Shown: positions 1 through 11,149, numbered from the stretch's first letter. The stretch is DNA of 64,000 bases from Chiloscyllium plagiosum (GCF_004010195.1 NC_057718.1:99229430-99293429); one strand, 5' to 3'. Program-made: numbers and translations. Notes: generated from the letters alone by a model not told the origin.

Positions 1-362
1 TTCCGGCTAGGAATCCTCCAACCACAAGGGATGAACTCGGGTTTCACCAGTTTCCTCATTTCCCCTCCCCCCACCTTGTCTCCGTCTAATCCATCGAATT
101 CAGCACCGCCTTCCTAACCTGCAATCTTCTTCCCGACCTCTCCGCCCCCACCCCAGTCTGACCTATCACCCTCACCTTGACCTCTTTCCACCTATCACAT
201 TTCCGACGCCCCTCCCCCAAGTCCCTCCTCCCTATCTTTTATCTTAGCCTGCTGGACCAACTTTCCTCATTCCTGAAGAAGGGCTTATGCCCGAAACGTC
301 GATTCTCCTGTTCCCTAGATGCTGCCTGACCTGCTGCGCTTTTCCAGCAACACATTTCCATC
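1..362 (+). mobile_element. Penelope-like element (PLE) 3' region, young copy, cut by the window start
   Basis: End of the GIY-YIG ORF, pyrimidine-rich UTR, then CCTGAAGAAGGGCTTATGCCCGAAACGTCGATTCTCC and the GATGCTGCCTGACCTGCTG tail. Near-identical to 56897-57205. Confidence 0.85.
268..305 (+). ncRNA. Minimal type I hammerhead ribozyme motif (PLE family A)
   Basis: CTGAAGA (273-279), extra A, stem II GGGC-TTAT-GCCC, GAAA-CG-TC. Predicted cleavage after C300. Stem I is weak (CATTC/GATTC). Confidence 0.6.
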
Positions 363-496
363 TGTGGTAACATATCTCAGGTATCTTCACTAACATCACT
401 GCTTTTTATGATACGTTTTACTGACCTGAATTGATTAGACAGGGGCTAAAGTTTGGAAATGGCATACAAATTGGGCAAAAATATAGTGTATGCAAT

Positions 497-826
497 GGGC
501 AGCATGGTGGCTCAGTGGTTTGCACTACTGCCTTCCAATGCCAGGGACCCGGTTTGATTCGAGCCTCAGGCACCTGTCTGTGTGGAGTTTGCGCATTCTC
601 CCTGTGTCTGTGTGAGTTTCCTCCGGGTGCTCCGGTTTCATACCACAGTCAAAAGATGTGCAGGTTAGGGTGGATTGGCCATGGGAAATTGCCCATAGTG
701 TTCAGGGATGTGTAGGTTAGGTGCATTAATTAGGGGGAATGTAGAGTAATAGGATAGGGAATGGGTCTGGGTGGGTTACTCTTTGGAGGGTCAGTGTGGA
801 CTTGTTTTCACACTTTAGGGATTCTA
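497..826 (+). mobile_element. HE1-like tRNA-derived V-SINE
   Basis: A-box GGTGGCTCAGTGG, B-box-like GGTTTGATTCG, central TGTGGAGTTTGC..TCTCCC..GGGTGCTCCGGTTTC, CR1-type tail ..CACACT..AGGGATTCTA. Confidence 0.9.
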
Positions 827-907
827 TAATGATGATGGAATGTAGCCATAGAGACCGGGAGGGCATATACATGCTGGTGGAATGGGTGGACACATCCCAG
901 ATGAAGT

Positions 908-1015
908 TTGAAACCAAAAGATAAAATGCTGGAAAATTTCAGTAGGTCTGGCAGCATCTGTAAGGAGAGAAAAGAGCTGACGTTTCGAGTCTAACTGACC
1001 TTTTGTCAAAGCTGA
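908..1015 (-). mobile_element. PLE terminal fragment with hammerhead-like motif, U3:A8 core variant
   Basis: Reverse complement of 975-1013 is AGCT-TTGACAA-A-AGGTC-AGTTA-GACTC-GAAA-CG-TC-AGCT, followed by the GATGCTGCCAGACC tail. Confidence 0.65.
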
Positions 1016-1647
1016 AGTTTTATGCGGTGACACAGTTTTGTAGGAAGAACAATCTGATACAGTATAAGCTGAGCGATACAATTTTCAGTTTGTGATTATA
1101 TGCACAAGTCATTTGAAAGTAGTGGACAAATCTGAGAAGGTTTTCTAAACAAGTACAAAGTGTGAGGCAAGGAGATTAGTTAAATTTTTATAAATCTTTG
1201 GTTGGGCCCCTGCTGGAGTATTGTAGAAAGAAATGGGGCAATAGATTTTAGGCGGAGTGTCCAGATGTCAGTGCGAGTGGCGAGGGGACTTTTAGAATTG
1301 GTACCACAGAGTTCCCCTGACACTGAGTCAAAAGCTCTGCGTTTGAAATATTTTTTATTCACTCAAGGGAAGTGGATGATGCTGGTTGGCCAACATTTAT
1401 TGCCCATCCCAAAATGGAAATCAACACGCTAGGAAAGTGTATTCATAACAGGGTTAGCATTGGCCGGTAAATCCTTCCAACACACACCAGTAGTAAGAGC
1501 AGGACAGATTTCCTGGTCAGAACATCATCGAAAGAGTGTTAAAGCCTCTACCACCCAAATCTCCGACGTGTTTGTAAATGTCGCCACCACAACTCAACTC
1601 CCTGAATGAACTGTGATATGTCACCACAAAGGTAGCATCTATGCCAT

Positions 1648-1890
1648 AGCACGGTGGTTCAGTGGTTAGCACTGCTGCCTCACAGGGACCCAGCCTCGAT
1701 TCCAGGCTTGAGCGACTGTTTGTGTGGTGTATGCCCATTCTCTGCGTGGGTTTCCTCCCTCAGTCCAAAGATGTAAGCGAATCAGCTGTGGGAAAATGCA
1801 AGGTTAGAGGGTGGGTCTGGGCTGCTCTTCAGAGGGTTGGTGTGGACTCAATGGGCTGAAAGTCTTGCATCCAGTCTGTAGGGATTCTAT
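1648..1890 (+). mobile_element. HE1-like SINE, internally deleted
   Basis: GCACGGTGGTTCAGTGGTTAGCACTGCTGCCTCACAG head and GTAGGGATTCTA tail. Confidence 0.85.
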
Positions 1891-1914
1891 GAAAGGAAGC
1901 ACCTTTGAGAGACT

Positions 1915-2255
1915 TGAACTTGTCTGCCTCAGTGTAGAGAAGGTTAATGGGTGATTTTACAGAGCTGTCCAAAACCATCAAAGGTTTTGACAGAACAGTT
2001 AGAAAGATAGCTTCCAGGAATAGAATATAACCAGAGGAGACAGGGAAAGAACTGAGAGGGAACATGAGGTAGAAAAAAAGTTTCATAATGTGGAATGTAC
2101 AGACTGGAAGGATGGTAGATGCAAATTTGATTGTAATTTTCAAAAGGGAATTGGGAAAATTCTTGAAGGACAATGTTTGGCAGAGCAATAGGGAAGAAGA
2201 GCGATTGAATAGCTCTTTCAAAGATGCAGCACAGACATGATGGGCAGAATGGCTA
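1915..2255 (+). mobile_element. Old CR1-type LINE 3' fragment
   Basis: Degenerate RRLRGDL..V.KI.KGFDR and VWN.L..MVDA motifs; GACATGATGGGCAGAATGGC 3' end. Confidence 0.6.
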
Positions 2256-2317
2256 CCTTCATTGGAGTAGCCTTTGAGGGTTCATTCTAGTGTCTTCATG
2301 TCTCTTTTAGTTGCTCT

Positions 2318-2826
2318 CAGCTTGCTTGAATGGGTGCACCTCCAACAACATTCAAGAAGCTCAACACTATCCGGAAGAAAGCAGCCCACTTGATTGGCAC
2401 CAAGTCCACAAAACAACCACTCCCTCCACCATCACATATAATATTTTTTATTCACTATGGGATGTGGTTGTTGCTGGCTGGCCAACATTTATTGCCCCCA
2501 CTCAGTCCGTGCAGTGTGTTCCATCCGCAAAACGTGCTTCAGAAATTCACTCAGGCGCCACACCCATGACCACTTCCAGCCAGAAGGACAAGGGTAGCAG
2601 ATACCACCCCTCCCCCCTGCAAGTTCTCCTCCAAGCCACTCACCATCCCGACTTGGAAATATATCAGCGTAGCTGGGTCAAAATCCTGTAACTCCCGTCC
2701 TGATGGGTTCCCTGTTGCAAATGGATTGCAGCGGGTCCAGACGACAGCTCACCACCACCTTCTCAAGGGCAATGTGAGATGGGCAATATGAGTTGGCCAA
2801 GTCAATCCCACATTCCGTGAGTGAAT
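2318..2826 (+). mobile_element. L2/CR1-group LINE 3' end
   Basis: APPTTFKKLNTIRKKAAHLIG motif; tail CACCACCTTCTCAAGGGCAA..GATGGGCAATA. Homologous to 4655-5120 and 54570-54930. Confidence 0.75.
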
Positions 2827-4654
2827 TTTAAAACAAAAATATTCTGCGAAGTTAAAAAAGCAAACAAATTTAAGGATTTAGCCTGTCAATTTTGAACAAG
2901 AATACTGCAGCTTATGTTCCAGCTTGTTTTGAACTCATTAAAAAGCAAACAAACTCATAATTACTGTATGGCCTGATGAAAGGCAGCCTCTGAAGCATTT
3001 CACTGAGGCAATCAGTTTGATACGTACAAAGAGATTCTTCATGGTCCAGTGGCAAATTGAGACATCCGGAAATGAATCAAGCAGTTGCGTATTTTTTTCA
3101 GAGTTTTATTCAGAGTGGTAACCCTTGATACAGTAAGAACTCACAACTTTAGCAGCCGGAGTTTGTCCCTTGGAGGTCGGGTTGGGATTGTGAGGGTGGG
3201 GTTGTGGGGGAGGGGGTGGGGTGGGGGGCGTCAGATGTTGGAGCTGGTCTTAGGTTCTCTGTCTAATTAAAGGGTGAGGTCTGGAAGCTGGCAAACCAAT
3301 CAGTGGTCCCTTTCCAACTCGGAAGTTCGAACTGCCCAAAATGGAAGGTGAGGAAGAGAGAGGCTGTTTCAAAATGAAGTCTTATTGTCAACTTTCATTA
3401 TCAATAAGAGCTGAGATCAAAAACTTGCTGGTCAGTCCACCAATGAAGTTGGGGATGGAAAGGTGAGGCAGGTTTTGGTATAGGGTGGGGAGTCTTAGAG
3501 TGGTCAGTAATGCACCTCCAGATGGGTGGGGAAGCCCTGTCGGCCTACCTGAAGTGCAAAGCCTCCATTTCCATCCCTCCCTCCAGACAACTAGCCCAAC
3601 CGCCATCGTCAATGGGAACCTGGAGACCAATTGGAAAATCCCACTTTAATTGGATTCAGTGAAGCTCTAAATGAGCTGTATTTGTTACCTGCCGCTTGTA
3701 GGCCACAAATCTATCAACTCACCATCACCGACCTCCTCAAATGTGTCCCAGAGCCAGAGTGGAGTTGATGAGTTGCGGACTGACCAGCGTGCGCTAACTT
3801 TAGCCCTTACCCACTTTGTACTCCCAGCCGGAGGGAAATGCATCCTACATTGGGCTTTCGAGATGGGGGCGAGGACAAGTGAGTAAATGCCCTCCAGCAG
3901 ACAGTGGAATGCACAAAGGAGGCCATTTTAATTCGGCTTCTGTCAACTGGTGTATTTCATTCCCCTTTACCGTGCAATAGGTCTCACTTTCATCATTAGA
4001 AATTTTGGTTAGTGAGGGGAAAAAGAAATGACATTTTGTTTTCCTAAAAGTTAACTCAATTCTTTCAATTTCTGCCCTCCCTTTTGATAGGTGCTGTACA
4101 TTTCTCACAGACAGTGGTTACTTGCAATGCAAAGAACACTTGAAAAATTATCTAGTGTGTGTCGATTTATTTCCTGTGTTTACAATGATAGACTTTCCTT
4201 GCTATTGGTAGCCACTGAGTGAATTTTTCCCTCATGTTGGCAGATGATGTTTGAGACTGTCAGGTATGGTGTTAACATTATATATGAGAATAGTTAATGG
4301 CGGGAGTATACATGCTTGTATCAGTTTTACAGCTGTTTCTAACACTCTTGAGATATTATTCAATTCCATCCCTTCTGGACAGGGATTTACATCGCAAATA
4401 AAAGGTTTTATAATAGTTTTGGTTCAGATTCTGCCCAGATACAACAAAACATACATTTTTGATTGGTTGCTGGGTAACTTTGCTAATAAATCTGGAATGA
4501 GATATTAGTCTCATTAATATTAGGCATGAACTCAAAGGATTGTTGTTAAAAAAAAACCCATTGGTTCCACTGATATCCTTTAAGGAAGGAAATCTGCCAT
4601 CCTTTATTGGTCTGGCCTACATGTGACTCCAGACCCACAGCAATGTTTTTTTTC

Positions 4655-5120
4655 TATCCATTTGTGGGACTTGGATGTCGCTGGCTGGCCAGCATTGATA
4701 GCCCATCCCTAGTTGCCCCTTGAGAAGGTGGTAGGGAGCTGCCTTCTTGAATCGGTGCAGTCCACTTGCTGTGGGTTGACCCACAATGCTGGGAGGGAGG
4801 AAATTCAAGGATTTTGACCCAACGACTGTGAAGGAACAGCGGTATATTTCCAAGTCAGGGTGGTGAGTGTCTTGGAAGGGAACTTGCAGGTGGTGGCTTT
4901 TCCAAGTACCTGTTGTCCCTGGATGGTAGTGGTCGTGAGTTTGGGAGGTGCTGTCTGAGGATCTTTGGTGAATTTCTACAGTGCACCTTGGAGACAGTAC
5001 ACACTGCTGCTACTGAGCACCGATGGTGGAGGGACTGAATGTTTGTAGATGTGGTACCAATCAAGTGAGCTGCTTTGTCCTGGATGGTGTCAAGCTTCTT
5101 GAGCATTATTGGAGCTGCAG
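4655..5120 (-). mobile_element. L2/CR1-group LINE 3' end
   Basis: ORF 4855-5106 reads LKKLDTIQDKAAHLIGTTSTNIQSLHHRCSVAAVC; same 3' tail as 2318-2826. Confidence 0.8.
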
Positions 5121-5169
5121 TAGTAATTGACTCTTAACTACCTTCTGAAAAACTAGGGTGTGGGGCAGT

Positions 5170-5400
5170 TGGGAGATGGTTAGCTCAGTTGGCTGGACAA
5201 TTGGTGTCTGATTTAAAGTGATATGTACAGTGTAGATTCAATTCCTGCACTGGTAGAGGTTATCATAAAAATCTCTCCTTCTCAACCTCTCTTGTAGCCT
5301 GAGGTGTGGTGATCCTTAGGTTAAATAGTCACCAGATGTCTCTCTCTCTCTCTCTCTCTCTCTAATGAGAGTGTAGGACTATGGTGACCTTAACTTTACC
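5170..5400 (+). mobile_element. tRNA-head SINE, unassigned family, containing a (CT)n microsatellite at about 5339-5363
   Basis: GGTTAGCTCAGTTGG A-box, GATTCAATTCC B-box, tail GGACTATGGTGACCTTAACTTTA. Relatives at about 9640-9860 (-) and 55330-55540 (+). Confidence 0.65.
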
Positions 5401-5579
5401 ATTAACCGTCTGAAATGGCCAACTCTGTTGCATTAAAACATCACAGGTGAAAGAGTACCGTGGGTGTACCTACACCACATGGCCTATGGTGGTTCAAGGA
5501 GACAGCTCACCACCACCTTCCCAAAGACAGAGACCAGCCATGAAAAGCTGGTCTTGCCAAGTTTGACCATACTCCCAAT

Positions 5580-5872
5580 GGGTGTCACGGTGGCTCAGTG
5601 GTTAGCACCGCTGCCTCACAGAACCAGGGACCCGGGTTCAATTCCAGCTTCGGGCAACTGACCATGTGGAGTGTGTGCATTCTCCCCTGTATCTGTGTAG
5701 GTTTCCTCCGGTTTCCTCCCACAGTCCAAACATGCAGGTCAGGGTGGATTGAGCATGGGAAATGCAGGGTTACAGGGAGAGGGTAGGGGTGGGTTTGGGT
5801 GGGATGCTCTTCAGAGGGTCGGTGTGAACTTGATGGGCCGAATGGCCTGCTTTCACACTGTAGGGATGCTAT
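5580..5872 (+). mobile_element. HE1-like SINE
   Basis: Full head with GGTTCAATTCC B-box, central domain and CACACTGTAGGGAT tail. Confidence 0.9.
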
Positions 5873-6719
5873 AATTCATGCTAATCTCAACTCCCTCCAC
5901 TCTGAGATGGCATACCACTAGGGCATTCCTCTCCAGGGTAGTCCTACCTGTGTTCCTTGCCCAAACTCTAGGCAACAATCTTTGATTGGACTGCACAATA
6001 ATGCAAGGGTTTCTACTCATTGATTGAAATAAGCACAATTCATTTGTCATTTGCATTGATGTTGTTAGAAAACAGATGAACAATCAGGGCAGTGTTGGAA
6101 TGCATAAAAGGGCTTTCATGAGGGCTCCTCTGATTTCCCACGTTTACAATGGATCAATCCTGTCCCCAGTGAAAGATCACAAAAGGCTAGAAAGTGTAGG
6201 ATTTCCATCCCATGGTCTAGTGGACCATATTCTAAAAACATTCAATCACCAACTTTATCCCAAATAAATTAAATAAAATTGCTTACAGCCTTGGGAGGTC
6301 ATCATATTATGGGTCCACTTGCATCGAGATGATGAAAGGTAAATGTTTCGTCCCGGTTGGGGACATGTAAAAACTTGCTCTTGAAAAAGCTTCCCCGAAA
6401 TGGTTTTGTTGTTCAGCGTACTGATCTGTGTGGATCAAGCGAATTCCAAATATAATCCCCAGCCTGTATTGACATAATAAAACCGAGAGATTGGAATATG
6501 CAAATCAATCCAATTTGTGTAATCAGTGCATGTTGCAGATGGTTTGATACCATCTTGAACATTCCCTCTATGGACAAAGCCATAGCATACAGATTCATCT
6601 CAAGCAGGTTGTGTGAAGTTCAAGATTAAGATCTGGAGTCACAAATGTCAGTGGGTGTGCCCTTGTAAGGCAATCTCCACTTAAAGAGATAGCTAGCGCA
6701 AAGAGCTTTTGAATCATAT

Positions 6720-7020
6720 CATGAGTCCAGAACTCGAGGGCATAGGTTTAGGGTGAGAGGAAAAAGATATAAAAGGGACCTAAGGAGCAACTGTTTCATG
6801 CAGAGGATGGTGTGTGTATGGAACGAGCTGCCAGAGGCAGTGGTGGAGGCTGGTACAATTACAACATTTAAAAGGCATCTGGATGGGTATATGAATAGGA
6901 AGGGTTTAGAGGGATATGGGCCAAGTGCTGACAAATGGGACTAGATTAATTTAGGATATCTGGTCAGCGTGGACGAGTTGGGCTGAAGGGTCTGTTTCTG
7001 TGCTGTACATCCCTATGACC
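6720..7020 (+). mobile_element. HER1/CR1 LINE 3' fragment
   Basis: RGKRYKRDLRSNCFMQRMVCVWNELPEAVVEAGTITTFKRHLDGYMNRKGLEGYG is a CR1 ORF2 C-terminus. Confidence 0.9.
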
Positions 7021-7463
7021 AATAAACGAAGATAATGAGCTGAGTCTTGCACTTTTTGGCTAAATGGGAGTTGTGTTGAGTCTTTTGGAGGGGCTCTAGC
7101 TGTACCCTACCAAACTCTCCTCATTGACTACCCACCGCCCGCATTATGGAGCTCCTCATGGTGAATTCTAACCCCATCTGGCCGCTTCCCGAGACAACTC
7201 ACCATCCATCAGACATCCAGTGATAGACTCTGGTGCTCATGCCAACTCTAAAAGGCTGGTATGGTGAAGCTGACCTGGCCTGACCCGTGTATGATGGGGA
7301 AGGGGAAATGGTGCCGTGATTCTCCGAGAGGGTCCTGATCAAAAGGAGAGGAGTCCCCTTCTCTGAGGACCAGCAGAGGATGCTGCTCTGGCAGCCTGAT
7401 ATAAAGGTGTTGCCTGGGTCAGTGCCAATTTCACATTGCGGTTAGAGGTTGAGGCCCATCCCA

Positions 7464-7804
7464 ATCATAGAATCACTACAGTGTGGAAACAGGCCCTTCG
7501 GCCCAACAAGTCCACACTAACCCTCCAAAGATTAAGCCAGCCATTACCCTCTTACCCTCTTACCCTCTTACTCTACATTTATCCCTGACTAATGCACCTA
7601 ACCTACACATCCCCGAACACGATGGGCAATTTATCATGGCCAATTCACCCTAAGCTGCACATCCTTGGATTGCGGGAGGAAATGCACGCAGACATGGGGA
7701 GAATGTGCAAACTCCACAGAGACAATCACCCGAGGGTGGAATTGAACCCGGGTCCCTGGCACCACGAGGCAGCAGTGCTAACCATTGAGCCACCGTGCCG
7801 CCCC
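7464..7804 (-). mobile_element. HE1-like SINE with an internal (TTACCCTC)n expansion
   Basis: Ends CTAACCATTGAGCCACCGTGCCGCCCC; 8-bp tandem at about 7544-7573. Confidence 0.9.
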
Positions 7805-8039
7805 AGTATGCAGGAACAGTTCTGAACTGTCAACCTGATATGATATCAAAACCATAACCTTGTACATCTCGACCTAATATAGCATCAGCGTCTTTATTTC
7901 TTCGTTTCTCTGCATTTATATTCTATGCTTTGGTTTATTTTTCTGTGTTCTAAGATGGTGCAGGACAGGAGCAACACAATACAGCACGTCTCACTGTATT
8001 TTGTAACAAGGTACACGCAACAATAAATAAATCAAATAG

Positions 8040-8575
8040 GAGAAAATGACTGCAGATCCTGGTATCTGTACTGAAAACAGCAAATGCTGGAGATCACAGC
8101 AGGTCAGGCAGTATCCATGGAGAGAGAGCAAGCTAACGTTTCCAGTCTTGATGATGTGAAGTGTGGAGGGGAGGGGGGAGTTTGTATGCTATAGCAGAGG
8201 GGGTTTGGAGTGCTGGGGGATAAAAGATGTTGATGGTTCAGATTAAGTGATTGGAGTGTGAGAATGGCAGAATAATGGTGTCAAAAAGTGTGGTGCTAGA
8301 AAAGCACAGCCAGACTCAATGAACTCCTGATGAAGAGCTTATGTTCAAGACGTTGATTCTCCTGCTCCTCGGATGCTGCCTGACCTGCTGTGTTTTCCCA
8401 GCACCACACTCTTCAACTCTGATCTCCAGCATCTACATTCCTCACTTTCTCCGAGAACAGTGGTGTGTCTAACTGCCAGACTGGAAAGAACAGACAGTCC
8501 CATTGGAATGTGGGGAGGGCAGAGAGGACATGGTGACAGGGAATTTAACAAGCAAAGCTAAAAGAGAGGAAAGGA
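8040..8575 (-). mobile_element. PLE fragment with a nested inverted PLE tail insertion (about 8281-8452)
   Basis: ACTGCAGAT..CACAGCAGGTCAGGCAG terminus; the nested insert is flanked by AGAATAATGGTGT / AGAACAGTGGTGT. Confidence 0.7.
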
Positions 8576-8579
8576 ATCT

Positions 8580-8998
8580 GCAGGCAGTCAGTCCCTGTCA
8601 CATTTTATAAATTCCTACTTTGGAAATAGAACCAGTCTGACTCAAGAGTGGGATACAGACAGACTCTCACCTTTAATGCATTGTCTGAGCTGAGATGTCA
8701 CTTTTTAAAAATAAAACCTTAAGCTATCTCAAGAAAGTGACTCAAAAAAAGTTCCGGGATTTACATTTTAATGAACCGAAACCTACAACCCATTCTAAAA
8801 GATGAAAAGACTTAACAGCAATCTAGGTTTGTTCAATGTCTCGTATCAGTTGTATGACACTGTGATTTTTTGCTATAAATTCTGTGTCTTATGATGCCAT
8901 TCCACAACCACCTGATGTAGGAGCAGTGCTCCGAAAGCTAGTGCTTCCAAATAAACCTGTTGGACTATAGCCTGATGTTGTGTGGCTTTTAACTGGGT
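8580..8998 (+). mobile_element. PLE family B 3' region with hammerhead-like motif at 8909-8943 (A9 mutated)
   Basis: CAC-CTGATGT-A-GGAGC-AGT-GCTCC-GAAA-GC-TA-GTG, then AATAAACCTGTTGGACTATA. Homologous to 40066-40280 and 9880-9972. Confidence 0.7.
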
Positions 8999-9930
8999 TC
9001 ACATAAACTTCCTTCAGTCCGAGGAGAATATAACAGCTCCAAACTAACCCATCCTTTTGACCATTTAACTCCAACAACCCTTAAATCTTGTGGCAGCATT
9101 GAACCAGTCAAAATTACCCAAAAGAGTTGGATTTTGACTAAATCATTTGATTTGGGTACAAGGCTGGAGATCTGAGGAGTTGCGACCACTGCACTGTGAA
9201 CAGAAAGGATTCAGCATTGCCCAGTTCAAAACACAAGGCTTGAAAATGAAAAGTTTATCGGAAATCACTTCTTTTGTTCCAGCCCAACCACAGACTTCAA
9301 TTTGCGGTTTGCGACAGTCAAAACTGCTGTGGACAATATATAATTTTCAGTCTACATTTTGACCACAATGGCAGAAATGGGAATTAATAAAGAAAGTTTT
9401 AGTTGCTTAGGAGACTAATGCCGTCCCATTCCTCTTTGATTGTGTGCAACAAGGGAACGTCACTGTCTGCTGCTCGAGCTCAGCATGAGAAGCTGGCCTT
9501 GATCATGTCTCTGTAACAGCCCGTAAAATGAACAAATGGCAAGTTCTGCTTTGCAAATGTGAATGATGCAACAGGCTGCCTTTAAAAATGAATGACGTGG
9601 GAAATTTCCGTTACAAATTGGCCGGGAGAAGAGCGGTCTTTATTGTGATACAGATTAGGTCCCCAAAGTCCTACCAGACCATAGGGCTGATCTCTATATT
9701 ACATAGAGGTGACTGGGGATGGTTTAACCTAAGGGTCACTAAGGCTCAGGCAAGGGGAGAGAGACTGAGAAGGAGAGTTTTTCATGCTAACCTCAGTTGG
9801 TGCAGAGAGTGAACCCTAAACAGTTGGCAGCACTGTGCATAGCCATCCAAGGTAACTAACTCCTCTCTTTATTGCACAAATTTAAAAATCACACAACACC
9901 AGGCTATAGTCCAACAGGTTTAATTGGAAG

Positions 9931-9965
9931 CACTAGCTTTCGGAGTGCTGTTCCTTCATCAGGTG
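9931..9965 (-). ncRNA. Minimal type I hammerhead ribozyme motif (PLE family B) inside a short PLE tail at 9880-9972
   Basis: Reverse complement CAC-CTGATGA-A-GGAACAGCACTCC-GAAA-GC-TA-GTG: intact core, stem I CAC/GTG, CUA cleavage triplet. Confidence 0.6.
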
Positions 9966-10194
9966 GTTGTGATATGACAATATGTCATAAGCAATCTCAT
10001 TCAAATTTCAATATTTTTTTCCATCTTCCAAACCAGAAATGCACTGTTTACTTAATTTCTTCTGTGTGAACTGGGCAGTCAAAGCTGCTAAGGCCGTATC
10101 CATGAATAAAAAGGCTGTTTCGAGTGACAATCTCTCAGGTCAGTGGGCGTTCCCAGTTTAAATTTTTGTACATTAACAGTTCATGGTTTTTAGC

Positions 10195-10504
10195 TGTGTG
10201 GCACTGAAAAAGCCCAGCAGGTCAGGCAACATCTGAGGAGCAGGAGAATCGACATTCTGGGCATAAACCCTTCATCAGGAATGTGGGATGGTGGGGTGGG
10301 GGGGGTGTGGGTAGGTGGACAGGAAAGGGGCTGAGAGATAGGTAGGAGGAGATGGGGCTGGGGGAAGGTAGCTGGGAAGGTGATAGGTAGATGAAGGTGG
10401 GGGTAATGGTGATAGGTCAGAGAGGAGGGTGGAGCAGATAGGTGGGAAGGAAGATGGACAGATAGGACAGGTTAAGATGGCGATGCCGAGTTGGAGGGTT
10501 GGAT
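10195..10504 (-). mobile_element. PLE family A 3' fragment
   Basis: CAGCAGGTCAGGCAACATCTGAGGAGCAGGAGAATCGAC..CCCTTCATCAGGAATG plus purine-rich UTR. Confidence 0.85.
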
Positions 10505-10765
10505 AGGAGAAAAATTTAAAAAGGAACTAAGGGGCAACATTTTCACACAGAGGGTGGTACGTGTATGGAATGAGCTGCCAGAGGAAGTGGTGGAGGCTGC
10601 TACAATTATAGCATTTAAAGGACATTTGGATGGGTACATAGATAGGAAAGGTTTAGAGGGATATGGGCTGAACTCAGGCAAATGGGGCTGGTTCAGTTTG
10701 GGAAACCTGGTCGTCATGGATGAGTTGAGCCGAAGGGTCTGTTTCCGAGCTGCATAACTCTGTGC
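10505..10765 (+). mobile_element. HER1/CR1 LINE 3' fragment
   Basis: GEKFKKELRGNIFTQRVVRVWNELPEEVVEA. Confidence 0.9.
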
Positions 10766-10804
10766 CTCTACGACTCAGAAAGAACTGTGGTTTAGTGCCC
10801 CTTC

Positions 10805-10935
10805 CAGGAGGCAGTACCTCTGACAGTGCTGTATTCTCTCACTACTGCACTGGAAGTACAATTAGTTTTTGTGGTCAAGTCATGAACACACAATCTTCTG
10901 ACTCAGAAACGAACATGCCGCCAACAGAGCAGCAG
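10805..10935 (-). mobile_element. Old Deu-domain (SacSINE1/AmnSINE-like) SINE fragment
   Basis: Reverse complement resembles CCAGTGCAGTA.TGAG.GA.T.C.GCACTGTCAGAGGT.C; a second copy lies at 51240-51420. Confidence 0.5.
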
Positions 10936-11149
10936 GCATTCCAGACCAGAGAGATTGTATGGTAAAAGTTAAATACGATGGATGCTGGAAATCTGAAATA
11001 AGAACACAGAATGCTGGAGAAACTCAGCAGGTCTGGCAGTAATTGTGGAGGAAGAATCAGAGATAATATTCCAAGTCCAGTTTGACTCTTCTTCAGAACT
11101 GAATGGGGGTAGGTAATGATGGTTTTTATGCTATTGACAGATGTGTGGA

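Noticed and set aside
497..560. tRNA genes at SINE heads
   Set aside because: A and B boxes are present, but the sequence runs on into SINE bodies and I could not fold a full cloverleaf.
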